This document shows positions 1-7,648 of a stretch of 42,285 bases of DNA, piece by piece. Every line of letters starts with the position of its first letter. Within the stretch, counting starts at the first letter, position 1. The notes below the pieces were generated by a model, which ran no database searches, was not told the origin of the DNA, and saw nothing but the letters and a program-made list of their open reading frames with translations. The translations under genes and the position numbers were made by a program. Source of the stretch: a virus (Duplodnaviria; Caudoviricetes); IMG/VR virus record IMGVR_UViG_3300037461_000299, positions 1 to 42,285 of that record; one strand, written 5' to 3'.

Positions 1-50
1 AGGTATATTCTTATTTATAGGCATAGTTTGGATCTTAAAATAAAAAAGAT

Positions 51-149
51 ATGAGAAAAGACAGAACAGTTTGGTTAATCATTGTACCAGTAGCGATACT
101 GATAATCGTAGTACTTTGGAATGTAATTACGAAAGGAGTTGTGGGATGA
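51..149 (+). CDS. 32-aa single-TM peptide on the alternative upstream branch
   Basis: Read by hand: MRKDRTVWLIIVPVAILIIVVLWNVITKGVVG*. Its TGA overlaps the ATG at 146 (ATGA). Confidence 0.55.
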   Translation: MRKDRTVWLIIVPVAILIIVVLWNVITKGVVG

Positions 150-272
150 AAGAGAAAATACTTGAGATATTGCGGACAAGAATTTCCGCTTACCAAATGG
201 TAAATGATGATGACCCTATTGAGATAACAGGTATAGAGGCAAGTGCCGAAGACATAACTAAATTATCTTTTG
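146..272 (+). repeat. 127-nt direct repeat, identical to 42159..42285 (circularisation overlap)
   Basis: Exact match from ATGAAAGAGAAA to TTATCTTTTG. 127 is a common assembler k-mer length. Confidence 0.95.
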
Positions 273-409
273 ATTTTATACATTGGTGTATTATTAACAC
301 TTACTATGAATATAGAAAAATCAGATACGGAGTTTTGGATGCAGAAAAAACATTCTATACACTTGAAGAACTTTTTACCTATTGGCACACTAACATATAT
401 AAGAAATGA
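146..409 (+). CDS. hypothetical protein (87 aa)
   Basis: ATG 146 is translationally coupled to an upstream stop in both upstream variants, so it is preferred over the ORF-track start at 71. Confidence 0.75.
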   Translation: MKEKILEILRTRISAYQMVNDDDPIEITGIEASAEDITKLSFDFIHWCIINTYYEYRKIRYGVLDAEKTFYTLEELFTYWHTNIYKK

Positions 410-440
410 AACGACTCCTATTCCTTCTAAACTAAACAAT

Positions 441-1343
441 ATGAAAACAAAAATCCAAATCAAATCAATCTTCGGTAAACTTCTTTTTGAGTTTGAAAAG
501 GAAGACAATACCATTAAAGACACTGTTGTTGAGGCAGTAAAAACCAGAGCATACCTTCAGCGAGCAGACCTTCAGCGAGCAAGCCTTCAGGGAGCAGACC
601 TTCGGGGAGCAAGCCTTCAGGGAGCAGACCTTCGGGGAGCAGACCTTCAGCGAGCAAGCCTTCAGGGAGCAAGCCTTCAGCGAGCAGACCTTCAGGGAGC
701 AGACCTTCGGGGAGCAAGCCTTCAGGGAGCAAGCCTTCAGGGAGCAAGCCTTCAGGGAGCAAGCCTTCAGCGAGCAAGCCTTCAGCGAGCAGACCTTCAG
801 GGAGCAGACCTTCAGCGAGCAAGCCTTCAGCGAGCAGACCTTCAGCGAGCAAGCCTTCAGGGAGCAAGCCTTCAGCGAGCAGACCTTCAGGGAGCAGACC
901 TTCGGGGAGCAGACCTTCAGGGAGCAAGCCTTCAGGGAGCAGACCTTCGGGGAGCATACCTTCAGGGAGCAGACCTTCAGGGAGCAAAAGGGAAAGAGTT
1001 ATCTGATCTTAAAAAGTTCTTTTGGATAGTCCCAGAAGAAGGATCATTTATTGCATGGAAAAAATGTCAAAATGCTATAGTTAAGTTAGAGATTCCGTCA
1101 GAGGCAAAACGTACTTCTAATTTACTTAATCGCAAGTGTCGTGCTGAATTTGCCAACGTACTTGGTATTTGGGACATGGAAGGTAATGAGTTAAAAGAAG
1201 CAAATGGATTACATGTTCCTGATTTTATCTATAAAGTTGGAGAGATTGCCAAACCTGATTCATACGATGATGATTATACAAACGATTGTTCAAATGGTAT
1301 TCATTTTTTTGTAACCAAACATGAAGCGGAGGAGTGGTCATGA
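441..1343 (+). CDS. pentapeptide-repeat protein with C-terminal DUF5758-like domain
   Basis: 29 A[DSY]L[QR][RG] repeats. C-terminus has GSFIAWKK..IVKLEIP..AKR..RKCRAE..Y.VGE..PDSYD..CSNGIHFF. A-rich start region at ATG 441. Confidence 0.9.
   Translation: MKTKIQIKSIFGKLLFEFEKEDNTIKDTVVEAVKTRAYLQRADLQRASLQGADLRGASLQGADLRGADLQRASLQGASLQRADLQGADLRGASLQGASLQGASLQGASLQRASLQRADLQGADLQRASLQRADLQRASLQGASLQRADLQGADLRGADLQGASLQGADLRGAYLQGADLQGAKGKELSDLKKFFWIVPEEGSFIAWKKCQNAIVKLEIPSEAKRTSNLLNRKCRAEFANVLGIWDMEGNELKEANGLHVPDFIYKVGEIAKPDSYDDDYTNDCSNGIHFFVTKHEAEEWS
549..983 (+). repeat. 29 x 15-bp coding tandem repeat GCA(GAC/AGC/TAC)CTT(CAG/CGG)(GGA/CGA)
   Basis: Directly visible; no synonymous variation between units. 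Confidence 0.95.
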
Positions 1344-1930
1344 GAAAGTTGTTATTCCTTCTGCTTCTCATCCCTGCTGTCTTACAGGCACAGGTCGATA
1401 CCATGATGATATTTATTGATACGACAGAAAGCGATATAGTTATGTCTTATCCAATAATGAGAGAACCAATACAGGATACCCCTCTAGTTTATGGTTATTA
1501 CTCTCCACAGGATACAGCCAATAAAAATAACAATGTACTCTATTGGTCGGTTAATCCTGGCCAACTATCTTTACTAGGCATCCGTTATGAGCATTACTTT
1601 GAACGCATCGGAGTTTACGGAGGTGTGAGCCGGCTAAAGCACACTGGAGGAGATAACATAACCAACATTCAAAACAGATACTCTTTAGGGACTGCTTACA
1701 GGCTTAGTTACATAAGAGATCAGATTGACAGCCCTATTGCTACCGTTGGCTTAGTGTATCATCAATGGCTATCAGAGGACTATGTAGAGGGGCAGGTAAA
1801 CCCGAATGAAGCCTTCCGAAAGTTCAGCTTTGAACTTGGTATGGGAGGTCGGATTAAATGGTTTAACATCTGCGGTAGAGCTGACTTTATGCAGATGGAA
1901 GTGATGATTGATTTAGGATTTAACTTTTAA
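1340..1930 (+). CDS. secreted protein, probable small outer-membrane beta-barrel
   Basis: Signal peptide MRKLLFLLLLIPAVLQA|Q, amphipathic strands (GIRYEHYF, GVYGG, FELGMGGR), C-terminal DLGFNF resembling a BAM signal. Confidence 0.65.
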   Translation: MRKLLFLLLLIPAVLQAQVDTMMIFIDTTESDIVMSYPIMREPIQDTPLVYGYYSPQDTANKNNNVLYWSVNPGQLSLLGIRYEHYFERIGVYGGVSRLKHTGGDNITNIQNRYSLGTAYRLSYIRDQIDSPIATVGLVYHQWLSEDYVEGQVNPNEAFRKFSFELGMGGRIKWFNICGRADFMQMEVMIDLGFNF

Positions 1931-1938
1931 AGAGATGA
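1918..1938 (+). repeat. 21-bp direct repeat A, ATTTAACTTTTAAAGAGATGA (second copy 2476..2496)
   Basis: Exact duplicate; contains the ATG of the genes at 1935 and 2493. Confidence 0.9.
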
Positions 1939-2444
1939 GTAAAGTAATTATGTTCTCAAGGATATTTCCCAAAGGACATCCCAAAGAAGGTCAATCTACT
2001 GATTTTATTCAGAAGATATGGATATCTATAAATGTACCACTTCCGTGTTCGATTCATGCGGATCAACTAAATGGTGAGATGACTAAGTTATTTTTACATT
2101 CATATAAACCAAAACATCATACAATAAGAAAAGGGAATAGATTTAGGGTGGGAGATAAATTTAGTCCCCGTATTTGGTCTGGAAAGCCCTATTTAAGCAA
2201 ACAGATAATCATTGCTGATGATATTGAAGTTAAAAAGACTTGGAATATCGAGATTGATGAAAACGGTATTATTTCAATCAATGGTAAATATATACATGAG
2301 GATTTTACCGACATAATGAAATTTGATTCGTGGGATAGACTTGCATTGAATGATGGACTTTCTACTGATGACTTCATTTGTTGGTTTGACAAACTACCAT
2401 TTAAAGGACAAATTATTTGTTGGAATGAAAATGTGGTTTATTAA
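1935..2444 (+). CDS. ASCH/PUA-like domain protein
   Basis: KHHTIR.G.R.RVGD..SPR.WSGKPY.SKQ..LA.NDGL...DF..WF pattern. Confidence 0.6.
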   Translation: MSKVIMFSRIFPKGHPKEGQSTDFIQKIWISINVPLPCSIHADQLNGEMTKLFLHSYKPKHHTIRKGNRFRVGDKFSPRIWSGKPYLSKQIIIADDIEVKKTWNIEIDENGIISINGKYIHEDFTDIMKFDSWDRLALNDGLSTDDFICWFDKLPFKGQIICWNENVVY

Positions 2445-2451
2445 CCCCGCC

Positions 2452-2467
2452 AAAGCACAAACTAATC
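2452..2467 (+). repeat. 16-bp direct repeat B, AAAGCACAAACTAATC (second copy 2935..2950)
   Basis: Exact duplicate at the 3' ends of two consecutive genes. Confidence 0.9.
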
Positions 2468-2492
2468 AATAATTAATTTAACTTTTAAAGAG

Positions 2493-2936
2493 ATGAAGAT
2501 AGACAGGCAAATAGTTTATGATAAATATAGAGGACATTGTGCTTACTGCGGTGAAGTTATTTCCATTAAAGATATGCAAGTAGATCATATAATACCTCAA
2601 TGGAATTTTGTATGGCATATAAAGAATAAGTTTAAAGTACCACCCTTCTTAATTCATCTAACCGAATTAGATGTTAACCATATTGATAATCTATTACCTA
2701 CTTGTCGAGTGTGTAATAAATGGAAGTCAGCACATAGTCTTGATGTATTTAGAACTGAAATAGAAGAACAATTAAAAAGGCTAAATGATTATAGTTCAAA
2801 TTATAGGATTGCTAAAAAGTATGGATTGGTTAAAGAAATGCCTTCAAAGATTACCTTCTATTTTGAACGCAATACGTATGATTGGGCTAATGATCCTAAA
2901 GCACCGTGGAATTTAAAAACAGAACAAACCCGATAA
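2493..2936 (+). CDS. HNH endonuclease
   Basis: CAYCG...MQVDHIIP...NLLPTCRVCNKWK motifs. Confidence 0.9.
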   Translation: MKIDRQIVYDKYRGHCAYCGEVISIKDMQVDHIIPQWNFVWHIKNKFKVPPFLIHLTELDVNHIDNLLPTCRVCNKWKSAHSLDVFRTEIEEQLKRLNDYSSNYRIAKKYGLVKEMPSKITFYFERNTYDWANDPKAPWNLKTEQTR

Positions 2937-2960
2937 AGCACAAACTAATCTTTAAAGGAT

Positions 2961-3179
2961 ATGAAAACAAAAACAAACTATCAAGTAACATTTGGCTATA
3001 AAGCAATTATCACAATAGACGTTAAGTCTGATAGTGAAGGAGATGCCAAAAAACAGGCAACTGAGATACTAAAAATAAGTAGGGACAGAATGTTCAGGGC
3101 AAATGATGTTACACTTCAGGATGATAATTTCAAACCTGATGGTATTTTAAATATGGATGAAACATGGAATCAATTTTAG
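2961..3179 (+). CDS. hypothetical protein
   Basis: ORF within the operon with a typical start region. Confidence 0.7.
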   Translation: MKTKTNYQVTFGYKAIITIDVKSDSEGDAKKQATEILKISRDRMFRANDVTLQDDNFKPDGILNMDETWNQF

Positions 3180-3181
3180 AT

Positions 3182-3712
3182 ATGAAAACAAAAGACAAAC
3201 TGATTGAGTTAAGAGAATTTATAAATAATGAATTTAATTGGTATATCAAGCATAGTCCTGATTATGGAGTAGTGCCAAGAATATTAGCTAAAATCTCTGA
3301 ACTCGAAGCAGAGATAGCGAAGGAAAAGGACGAGAAGAAAGGAAACACTAACATTGACATTAATCTCATTGGTAGGTTAATTAAAGAGGCACACGATGAC
3401 TACAATAATCCAGTATCAAGTATTGATTGGGTTATGGCAGCATCAAGTAGAATATTTAGTTATATTAATAGTCTATTATCATCTTCCCGACATCAGGAAA
3501 ATGATCGTAAGGATGAGCCAATGATATTTGAATATAGAGGCTATTGGTCAGATGATGCTCAATCGTTTTTTGAAGATAATATTATTACAGAGCAACGAGA
3601 TGGATGTGCGGTAGTCGGTAACTTTTTAAAGTTGTCTGATGGTAGTGTATGTTTGCCGTCAAAAGGAGATAAGTTTATAAAAGACAAAGAAGGTAATATA
3701 TTTAAACACTAA
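3182..3712 (+). CDS. hypothetical protein
   Basis: ORF; ATG 3182 just after the upstream TAG is preferred. Confidence 0.7.
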   Translation: MKTKDKLIELREFINNEFNWYIKHSPDYGVVPRILAKISELEAEIAKEKDEKKGNTNIDINLIGRLIKEAHDDYNNPVSSIDWVMAASSRIFSYINSLLSSSRHQENDRKDEPMIFEYRGYWSDDAQSFFEDNIITEQRDGCAVVGNFLKLSDGSVCLPSKGDKFIKDKEGNIFKH

Positions 3713-3716
3713 AGAC

Positions 3717-4040
3717 ATGGAAGAACTTTTTAAGAAGGTTTACATCAAGAGTGAGGATGATCTGCCTAGAGACATATCTAACCAATATTGGGTACACTTT
3801 GAAACAAATGATATGTTTTATGAAATGGCTTATAAAATACGTCATTTATGGGAACAAGGCGTTGTTGATTGGTATCTTCAGCCTATTCAGCCAGAGCCAC
3901 TAAGCCAGAGGAGAACTGCAGAAAGAATCATGCCAAATATTCTGACAATTTTTAGTAAAGCAAATAAATTACATATATATGATTTTTACGAGTGGTTTAA
4001 TCCCTACATGAAAGAACTTAAGAAATACACAGAAAAATAA
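3717..4040 (+). CDS. hypothetical protein, last gene of the + strand arm
   Basis: ORF ending at the convergent terminator. Confidence 0.7.
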   Translation: MEELFKKVYIKSEDDLPRDISNQYWVHFETNDMFYEMAYKIRHLWEQGVVDWYLQPIQPEPLSQRRTAERIMPNILTIFSKANKLHIYDFYEWFNPYMKELKKYTEK

Positions 4041-4070
4041 AAAGAGGGCGGATAATCCTAAACCGCCCTC
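4039..4070 (-). terminator. intrinsic terminator of the late (- strand) operon
   Basis: - strand GAGGGCGG-11 nt-CCGCCCTC followed by TTTTT. Confidence 0.85.
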
Positions 4071-4104
4071 AATCAACCTAACCTAAAACCAAACATGAAA
4101 ACAC

Positions 4105-4677
4105 TTATTTCTTAAATGAGGCTATTTTTAAGCCAAATGAGGCACTTGCCGCTTTATTGAATGGATCATACCCAAGTCCAAAGATCAATCGCCTGTCAGC
4201 ATAGAAACCACCTACAAATAGACTATTCTTACTCCCAGTTACACCCGCATAAATATAACTCGAGTAACTGATTTTATTATCCACTACATTAACAATGCTT
4301 TGAGGTCGCTTAATCTTGTAAGTGAATTGATGGTCCAGAATATAATTTTCTGTTATCGCATCCTCTGACTTTACTAAGAGCAAAGAGTCTTCCCATGTTC
4401 TTGAGTGGTAATGGATCGCAAAGTAATCCTTTAAGATTTCCGAAGTATCTACATCTTTAAAGACCGTATCCCTGTAAATGACTGAATCACGTTTCACAAT
4501 GTACCAGGGGAAAGTATCAACTATCCGATGTTCGACAGTGTCAACTCTCCATATAGTATCGTTAACTACAATAGGCAGGTTATTTCTTTTTCCTGTTCCG
4601 TAACCCCAAAAGAATATACCGATCAGCACAACACCAATCAGAACGGCAATGATCCAGTTCTTTGTTTTATTCTTCAT
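4105..4677 (-). CDS. membrane-anchored protein, spanin candidate
   Basis: N-terminal TM, DT/DS-rich spacer, C-terminal amphipathic beta strands; last gene of the lysis block. Confidence 0.5.
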   Translation of the reverse strand: MKNKTKNWIIAVLIGVVLIGIFFWGYGTGKRNNLPIVVNDTIWRVDTVEHRIVDTFPWYIVKRDSVIYRDTVFKDVDTSEILKDYFAIHYHSRTWEDSLLLVKSEDAITENYILDHQFTYKIKRPQSIVNVVDNKISYSSYIYAGVTGSKNSLFVGGFYADRRLIFGLGYDPFNKAASASFGLKIASFKK

Positions 4678-4876
4678 CTTCAGAGGTGAACTTAGAAACT
4701 GCCTTGAGGGTAATTGTAAGCATTGTTATTCCAAAGTTAATCCAGAGCTTTAAATCTTCCGTTATCGGCAGTGCCATGATTGTCGATAAATACAAAGGCA
4801 TAGTATAGAGGAAGAAGTCAGCAACGGACTTCCACTTTTTACTCGAAGGTTTACTGAGGTTCGCTGCGCTTAACAT
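4667..4876 (-). CDS. small two-TM protein, holin candidate
   Basis: Two hydrophobic segments, charged C-terminus, near the endolysin. Confidence 0.55.
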   Translation of the reverse strand: MLSAANLSKPSSKKWKSVADFFLYTMPLYLSTIMALPITEDLKLWINFGITMLTITLKAVSKFTSEDEE

Positions 4877-5265
4877 TATTTCTCAATTTTTAGTGCTTTC
4901 AAAATCATCTGAATAAATGCAAGGTCAAAGATACCATTTGCAAGGAATCCGGCAGCTACTCCATAAATCAAAGTATTCAACCACGTAAGTTGTGCCATGA
5001 ATCCAAAGTTAATAAGATTACCGACTACAAGAATGGCAATAGACACGCCCCATGCAACTAACTGTTTAACGAATCCGGTAGTTTTTAAAAGGGTGTTTAA
5101 AACACCGGCAAGGAAAACTGTTACAGCTGCCACACCGGCCAATGTAGCTAACCATGTGTTAAGGTTTGCAAACAGGTCGATCCAATTTGCCGGAGGGTTT
5201 ACTGCTTCCTGTGCTAAGAGTGTAACAGGAATCAAAAGAAATAAAAACAATAATAACTTTTTCAT
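4876..5265 (-). CDS. multi-TM protein, holin candidate with signal-peptide-like N-terminus
   Basis: MKKLLLFLFLLIPVTLLA|Q followed by three hydrophobic helices and a GxxANGIFD motif. Confidence 0.6.
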   Translation of the reverse strand: MKKLLLFLFLLIPVTLLAQEAVNPPANWIDLFANLNTWLATLAGVAAVTVFLAGVLNTLLKTTGFVKQLVAWGVSIAILVVGNLINFGFMAQLTWLNTLIYGVAAGFLANGIFDLAFIQMILKALKIEK

Positions 5266-5285
5266 AACTGATTTTTTAATTAATA

Positions 5286-5723
5286 TTAAAGAAACTTATC
5301 TCGTTCATTTGGTATTATCTCAAAGTGACATGCATCCCAAAAAGTTGTATCATCAATGTCATTATCTCCGTCCCAGTCGATCCCGAACCTGATCCGGTGT
5401 GATATAACCCCGATGGTAAAGAGCTGGTCTGCCTTACCTTTAACGTATCCGGCAAAGAAAGCAGATTGAAGCTTTCCCCAGTCGATATGATTTCCTTCAT
5501 ACGGTGCAACGTCAACAGCCAGCGAAGGATGATGATTATGTTTTGACTGCGGAAACTTAAGCTTTGACTTACCTTCTGCAAATGCTTTGTTTTGTTCGGC
5601 TTCTCCACGTTCACCGCATATGACAGTACAATTATAATCCTGGACTACATGACTGAATAACGTCTGTAGGTCACGATGGCAAGTATTTAACTTTGCCTTT
5701 GAAGTCTCTGAAAATCTATTCAT
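5286..5723 (-). CDS. endolysin, peptidase M15-type (L-Ala-D-Glu peptidase-like)
   Basis: R...EQ......GKS.....SKH.....LAVD....D..HFE zinc-ligand pattern, as in T5-like endolysins. Confidence 0.9.
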   Translation of the reverse strand: MNRFSETSKAKLNTCHRDLQTLFSHVVQDYNCTVICGERGEAEQNKAFAEGKSKLKFPQSKHNHHPSLAVDVAPYEGNHIDWGKLQSAFFAGYVKGKADQLFTIGVISHRIRFGIDWDGDNDIDDTTFWDACHFEIIPNERDKFL

Positions 5724-6169
5724 TTGTGCCAGAAATTAGTGTAAAGATAGTAAGCAATCCAAACAGCGACAATAACACCGGTCACCCATCGACCAGCTAT
5801 GTGCCACCATGTATTTACTCGTTTGAGCTTGTTTAATTGCATTTTTATATTCTCAATCTCCTCTTTTGTACAGTCAATTGTCTTTGTCACTTCCTTAAGT
5901 TGTATCTCCATGCAGGTTATCCGATGGTCCAGTTTATCAAACCGTTCAAATACTTCTGCCTTAAACTCATTAAGAATTTCCCTTACAGAGTCAGTGATAG
6001 CAACAGCCTGCACATCGTAACCCTGTGATAGTATTCTTTGCAGGTTGTCATCCTGAGCATCAAAGACTTTGCAGAGAATCTTATGATCTCCGATTTTAAG
6101 GCCGCAGTCTTCTTTGTATCTTTCATATTCTGCATCGATAATGCTGTCATACTTTGAGGGAGTCTTCAT
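5720..6169 (-). CDS. coiled-coil protein with C-terminal TM
   Basis: Heptad region then WVTGVIVAVWIAYYLY; lies in the lysis block. Confidence 0.65.
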   Translation of the reverse strand: MKTPSKYDSIIDAEYERYKEDCGLKIGDHKILCKVFDAQDDNLQRILSQGYDVQAVAITDSVREILNEFKAEVFERFDKLDHRITCMEIQLKEVTKTIDCTKEEIENIKMQLNKLKRVNTWWHIAGRWVTGVIVAVWIAYYLYTNFWHK

Positions 6170-6267
6170 TTTTTGAGTATAAATTTTATGATAAACACTA
6201 TGAATTGTATAGCATAGAAAGCCAGTACTGCCATTACTATTATTCCGATGACTAAAGCTATCTTCAT
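6166..6267 (-). CDS. 33-aa hydrophobic peptide
   Basis: MKIALVIGIIVMAVLAFYAIQFIVFIIKFILKK*; ATGA overlaps at both ends, filling the gap exactly. Confidence 0.7.
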   Translation of the reverse strand: MKIALVIGIIVMAVLAFYAIQFIVFIIKFILKK

Positions 6268-6671
6268 TTTATCTTCTTTATTTCAGTCTGAACCTCCGGC
6301 ATTAAGTTTTTTTTTAATACCGGTACTTTCTCGGTGTATTCTCTAATCTCTTTTATTGAACTGTTTATCTCGGCAATATCTAAAACGACATCACGCAAGG
6401 CATTAAACCCTTCTTTGTAATCCTCTTGTTTTTCTATTACCTGGTTTAACTTACCGTTCTGCATCACAAGGATAACGAGAATCGAATCTGTCTTTTTTGA
6501 ATTCTCAATTTGTGCGTGTTTTATTATCTCTATGTCATTCTTCCCTTTGTAGTCCTCAACTACTTTCTTTTCAAAGAACTTATACACTCCAAACGAAGCA
6601 GATACAATAACAGTTATTGCACCAAGAATCTTGGCTGTTAATAGGACGTATTTAAGAATTGTGGTTTTCAT
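6264..6671 (-). CDS. N-terminal TM plus coiled-coil protein
   Basis: Hydrophobic residues ~5-33 then a heptad-like region. Confidence 0.7.
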   Translation of the reverse strand: MKTTILKYVLLTAKILGAITVIVSASFGVYKFFEKKVVEDYKGKNDIEIIKHAQIENSKKTDSILVILVMQNGKLNQVIEKQEDYKEGFNALRDVVLDIAEINSSIKEIREYTEKVPVLKKNLMPEVQTEIKKIK

Positions 6672-7648
6672 TGAGGAATTAAATAATTTTCATATACCTC
6701 TTTACTTGTTGCAATAGTTAACCCAATAGTATTTGCATAAGCAACTATTTCTCTAAACGGAGCTTCTTGTTCAGCGACGTAACCATGTAAAACAATAATC
6801 ATCCATCTATCCTGTGTAGCAGTAATATCAAGTGCAGCCTTAACATTCGCTTTACCTATTGCGTTAGTTATGTTATAATTTCTTGCTTGATGATTAGCAT
6901 TACCATCAATTGCAACTAACTTTAAAAAATTAATATCCATATTTACTGGATTTATAGGATAACTTTCACCGTCAGGATATAAATCGTTTTGCCCGTATTT
7001 AAATAATTTTTTATTAATTAAATTCATCCCAGGGTAATCCCCACTTTCCACATGACCTGCAAACCCCTCACAACTTAATCCATTTGCTTTTATAGCTGCC
7101 TTGCAAGCTAACATATCTGCTATAACCTGAGCCTCTGTCTCAGTATCATAAGTACTTATGTATGTTGTACCATGACCAATTATCTCCCATCCAGCAGTTT
7201 CTAAAGTTAATGCGTTTGCCCAACTCATAAAATCTATACCTAAATACGAGTCTCCTATATGACTACTTAGAACAGGCATAACGGCATTAATCCCCAAGTC
7301 TTCTGTAACAGGAAACCAGCCATCATAAATTGATTTCCACCCATCATCAAACCTTATAGTTAATATAGGTCTATCAACTTTTACCTTTTGTGAATAATCA
7401 ATATTTATAAAATTCTCATTAATTTTTGATAAATGATTTGCCGAACTCATCCCAGCCACAATATCTGTAATTGTAGTTGTATTAATTTTTTTTGCAAATA
7501 AATTATCAAAATTTGTCTTAATCTTATCAATTCCATCTGCTAATAAGATATTTGTTATTACAGCCTCGTCATAAGTAAGATAACTGAAATTTGCGTTTAT
7601 TGCTGTAAGAAATTCCCCAGGGGTCATCCCCTCTATTATAGTTGTCAT
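6668..7648 (-). CDS. polysaccharide deacetylase (CE4/NodB-like) with repeated N-terminal anchor
   Basis: TIRFDDG, GWEIIGHG and IVLHG motifs; N-terminal GM......IN.NF repeated twice. Confidence 0.75.
   Translation of the reverse strand: MTTIIEGMTPGEFLTAINANFSYLTYDEAVITNILLADGIDKIKTNFDNLFAKKINTTTITDIVAGMSSANHLSKINENFINIDYSQKVKVDRPILTIRFDDGWKSIYDGWFPVTEDLGINAVMPVLSSHIGDSYLGIDFMSWANALTLETAGWEIIGHGTTYISTYDTETEAQVIADMLACKAAIKANGLSCEGFAGHVESGDYPGMNLINKKLFKYGQNDLYPDGESYPINPVNMDINFLKLVAIDGNANHQARNYNITNAIGKANVKAALDITATQDRWMIIVLHGYVAEQEAPFREIVAYANTIGLTIATSKEVYENYLIPQ

Noticed and set aside
270-440. ORF-track N-terminal extension of the pentapeptide protein
   Set aside because: Overlaps the 146..409 gene; ATG 441 has the typical A-rich start region.
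549-983. Possible CRISPR array
   Set aside because: Contiguous 15-bp units with no unique spacers, in frame within a protein.
514-987. 157-aa - strand ORF of (P/A)EGLL repeats
   Set aside because: Shadow of the stop-free 15-bp repeat; no start context and opposite to the operon.
6307-6315. A9 run on the - strand as a frameshift site
   Set aside because: The -1 frame stops within about eight codons, giving no meaningful extension.
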